From: Longimicrobiales bacterium
Lineage (GTDB): Bacteria; Gemmatimonadota; Gemmatimonadetes; Longimicrobiales; Gaopeijiaceae
Direction of reading: 5' to 3'
Length of the DNA: 64,000 bases
Assembly: GCA_965238005.1 (NCBI GenBank)
Contig: OZ250165.1
Coordinates: 4,256,001-4,320,000, forward strand
Part shown: positions 63,324 through 64,000 of the stretch, one piece after another
Layout of the letters: the number at the start of each line of letters is the position of its first letter
How positions within the stretch are numbered: position 1 is the first letter of the stretch
Translations under genes and position numbers: made by a program
The notes under the pieces: generated by a model
What the model was told of the DNA's origin: nothing
The model's database searches: none
The model's input: only the letters and a program-made list of their open reading frames with translations

Positions 63324-63364
63324 AAAAAAGCCCGGAAGCCCAGATAACTCTTGGACTCCCGGCC
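63324..63364 (-). terminator. Intrinsic terminator after the tRNA fragment
   Basis: CCGGGAGTCCA...TGGGCTTCCGG stem followed by a T6 run. Confidence 0.6.
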
Positions 63365-63366
63365 AG

Positions 63367-63412
63367 TACCCCGCCAGGGACTCGAACCCCGAACCTACTG
63401 ATTAAGAGTTAG
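63367..63412 (-). repeat. 3' half of tRNA-Lys(CTT) (att core)
   Basis: CTAACTCTTAATCAGTAGGTTCGGGGTTCGAGTCCCTGGCGGGGTA. Confidence 0.8.
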
Positions 63413-63562
63413 ATAGCAGTATATACGCAGAGTGTTCGTGAGGTGGCCTAAGTTGTGTCGAGTTAGGGCGTTAGGGAGTCGACTGGTCTTTTGAGTGTTG
63501 CTGAGCTTTCACCAGTTACGGGGAGTTTGGGGTCCCGGTTGGGGTCCCAACGCTGTGGTCTT

Positions 63563-64000
63563 TCAGGAACGGACTCTCCCCCCCGAACCCCCGTCACCAC
63601 CAATTCGTCGCGCGCTCGCGTAGCAGGACACGTACATGAGGCACCGCTCCCGCAGCTCGTATTCCGCAGCGGTCACTTCGTCCGGATGGCCATGGGCAAG
63701 TTCGTAGGGGATCACTCCGCGTTGTACGCCAGCCAGAAGTACCCGAGAGAACTCGAGCCCTTTCATCCGATGCATGGTGGAAAGTCGAATCCCTATCCCA
63801 CCGGCCTCCAGACCTTCCTCTTCCTCGACGCGCGTGACCTCGAGTCCATCACCTCGGAGGAGCGGCTCGTAACGGTCGTCGAGAAGTTTGTTCGTGCGGG
63901 CCGCCACGCAAATGGTCGAATCGCGAACACCGGAATCGATCCAGTTTTTCACGCGAGAGAGAATGAATGAGGCCTCATTGGCCTCACTCTTGAAGTTGGT
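63563..64000 (-). pseudogene. UvrD/SF1 helicase C-terminal part, frameshifted, partial
   Basis: LSTMHRMKGLEF, ERCLMYV; TRARDELVVT and GESPFL each in shifted frames. Confidence 0.75.

Larger units (their letters stand above)
63269..63548. other. attP-like recombination site: tRNA-Lys 3' half flanked by paired TGGGGTCCC repeats
   Basis: TGGGGTCCC at 63269, 63281, 63528 and 63540; core at 63367-63412; inverted boxes at 63304-63325 and 63453-63470. Confidence 0.65.

Noticed and set aside
63367..63450. Intact tRNA genes at the three tRNA-like sites
   Set aside because: No D-arm or 5' acceptor strand upstream of any fragment

Overview
High-GC bacterial accessory region. The gene repertoire (VPS10/BNR hydrolase, S9 peptidase, Tat-exported HisC-like enzymes, CapA, serine hydrolase) suggests Gemmatimonadota or a similar lineage; this is inference only. 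Positions 1-13.4 kb are one co-oriented minus-strand metal-resistance tract. In order: a Cys/His small leader ORF, a His-rich lipoprotein, a probable outer-membrane barrel, IS1182, merT, a MerP/HMA-like gene with in-frame UGA in GMT-U-VG-C (candidate selenoprotein), merA with two N-terminal TRASH/YHS domains, an ABC pair, a second leader ORF, and tolC-cusB-cusA. No merR is present in the window. Both leader ORFs end in Pro-rich motifs and carry anti-Shine-Dalgarno sequences against the next gene, which suggests control by ribosome stalling. The rest of the window is a mosaic: TetR/SDR cluster, VPS10 hydrolase, nirK module with PAS kinase/NarL regulator and a radical SAM enzyme, copA, clpB, kptA, a decayed IS605/TnpB, a TIR-TPR gene, Tat-signal aminotransferases and oxidase, K+/cation transporters, GT4 and a helicase remnant. 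It also holds three tRNA-Lys 3'-half att scars (one with attP-like arms), dispersed repeats, and many nonsense, frameshift and fragment pseudogenes. All calls are by eye, with no database searches.
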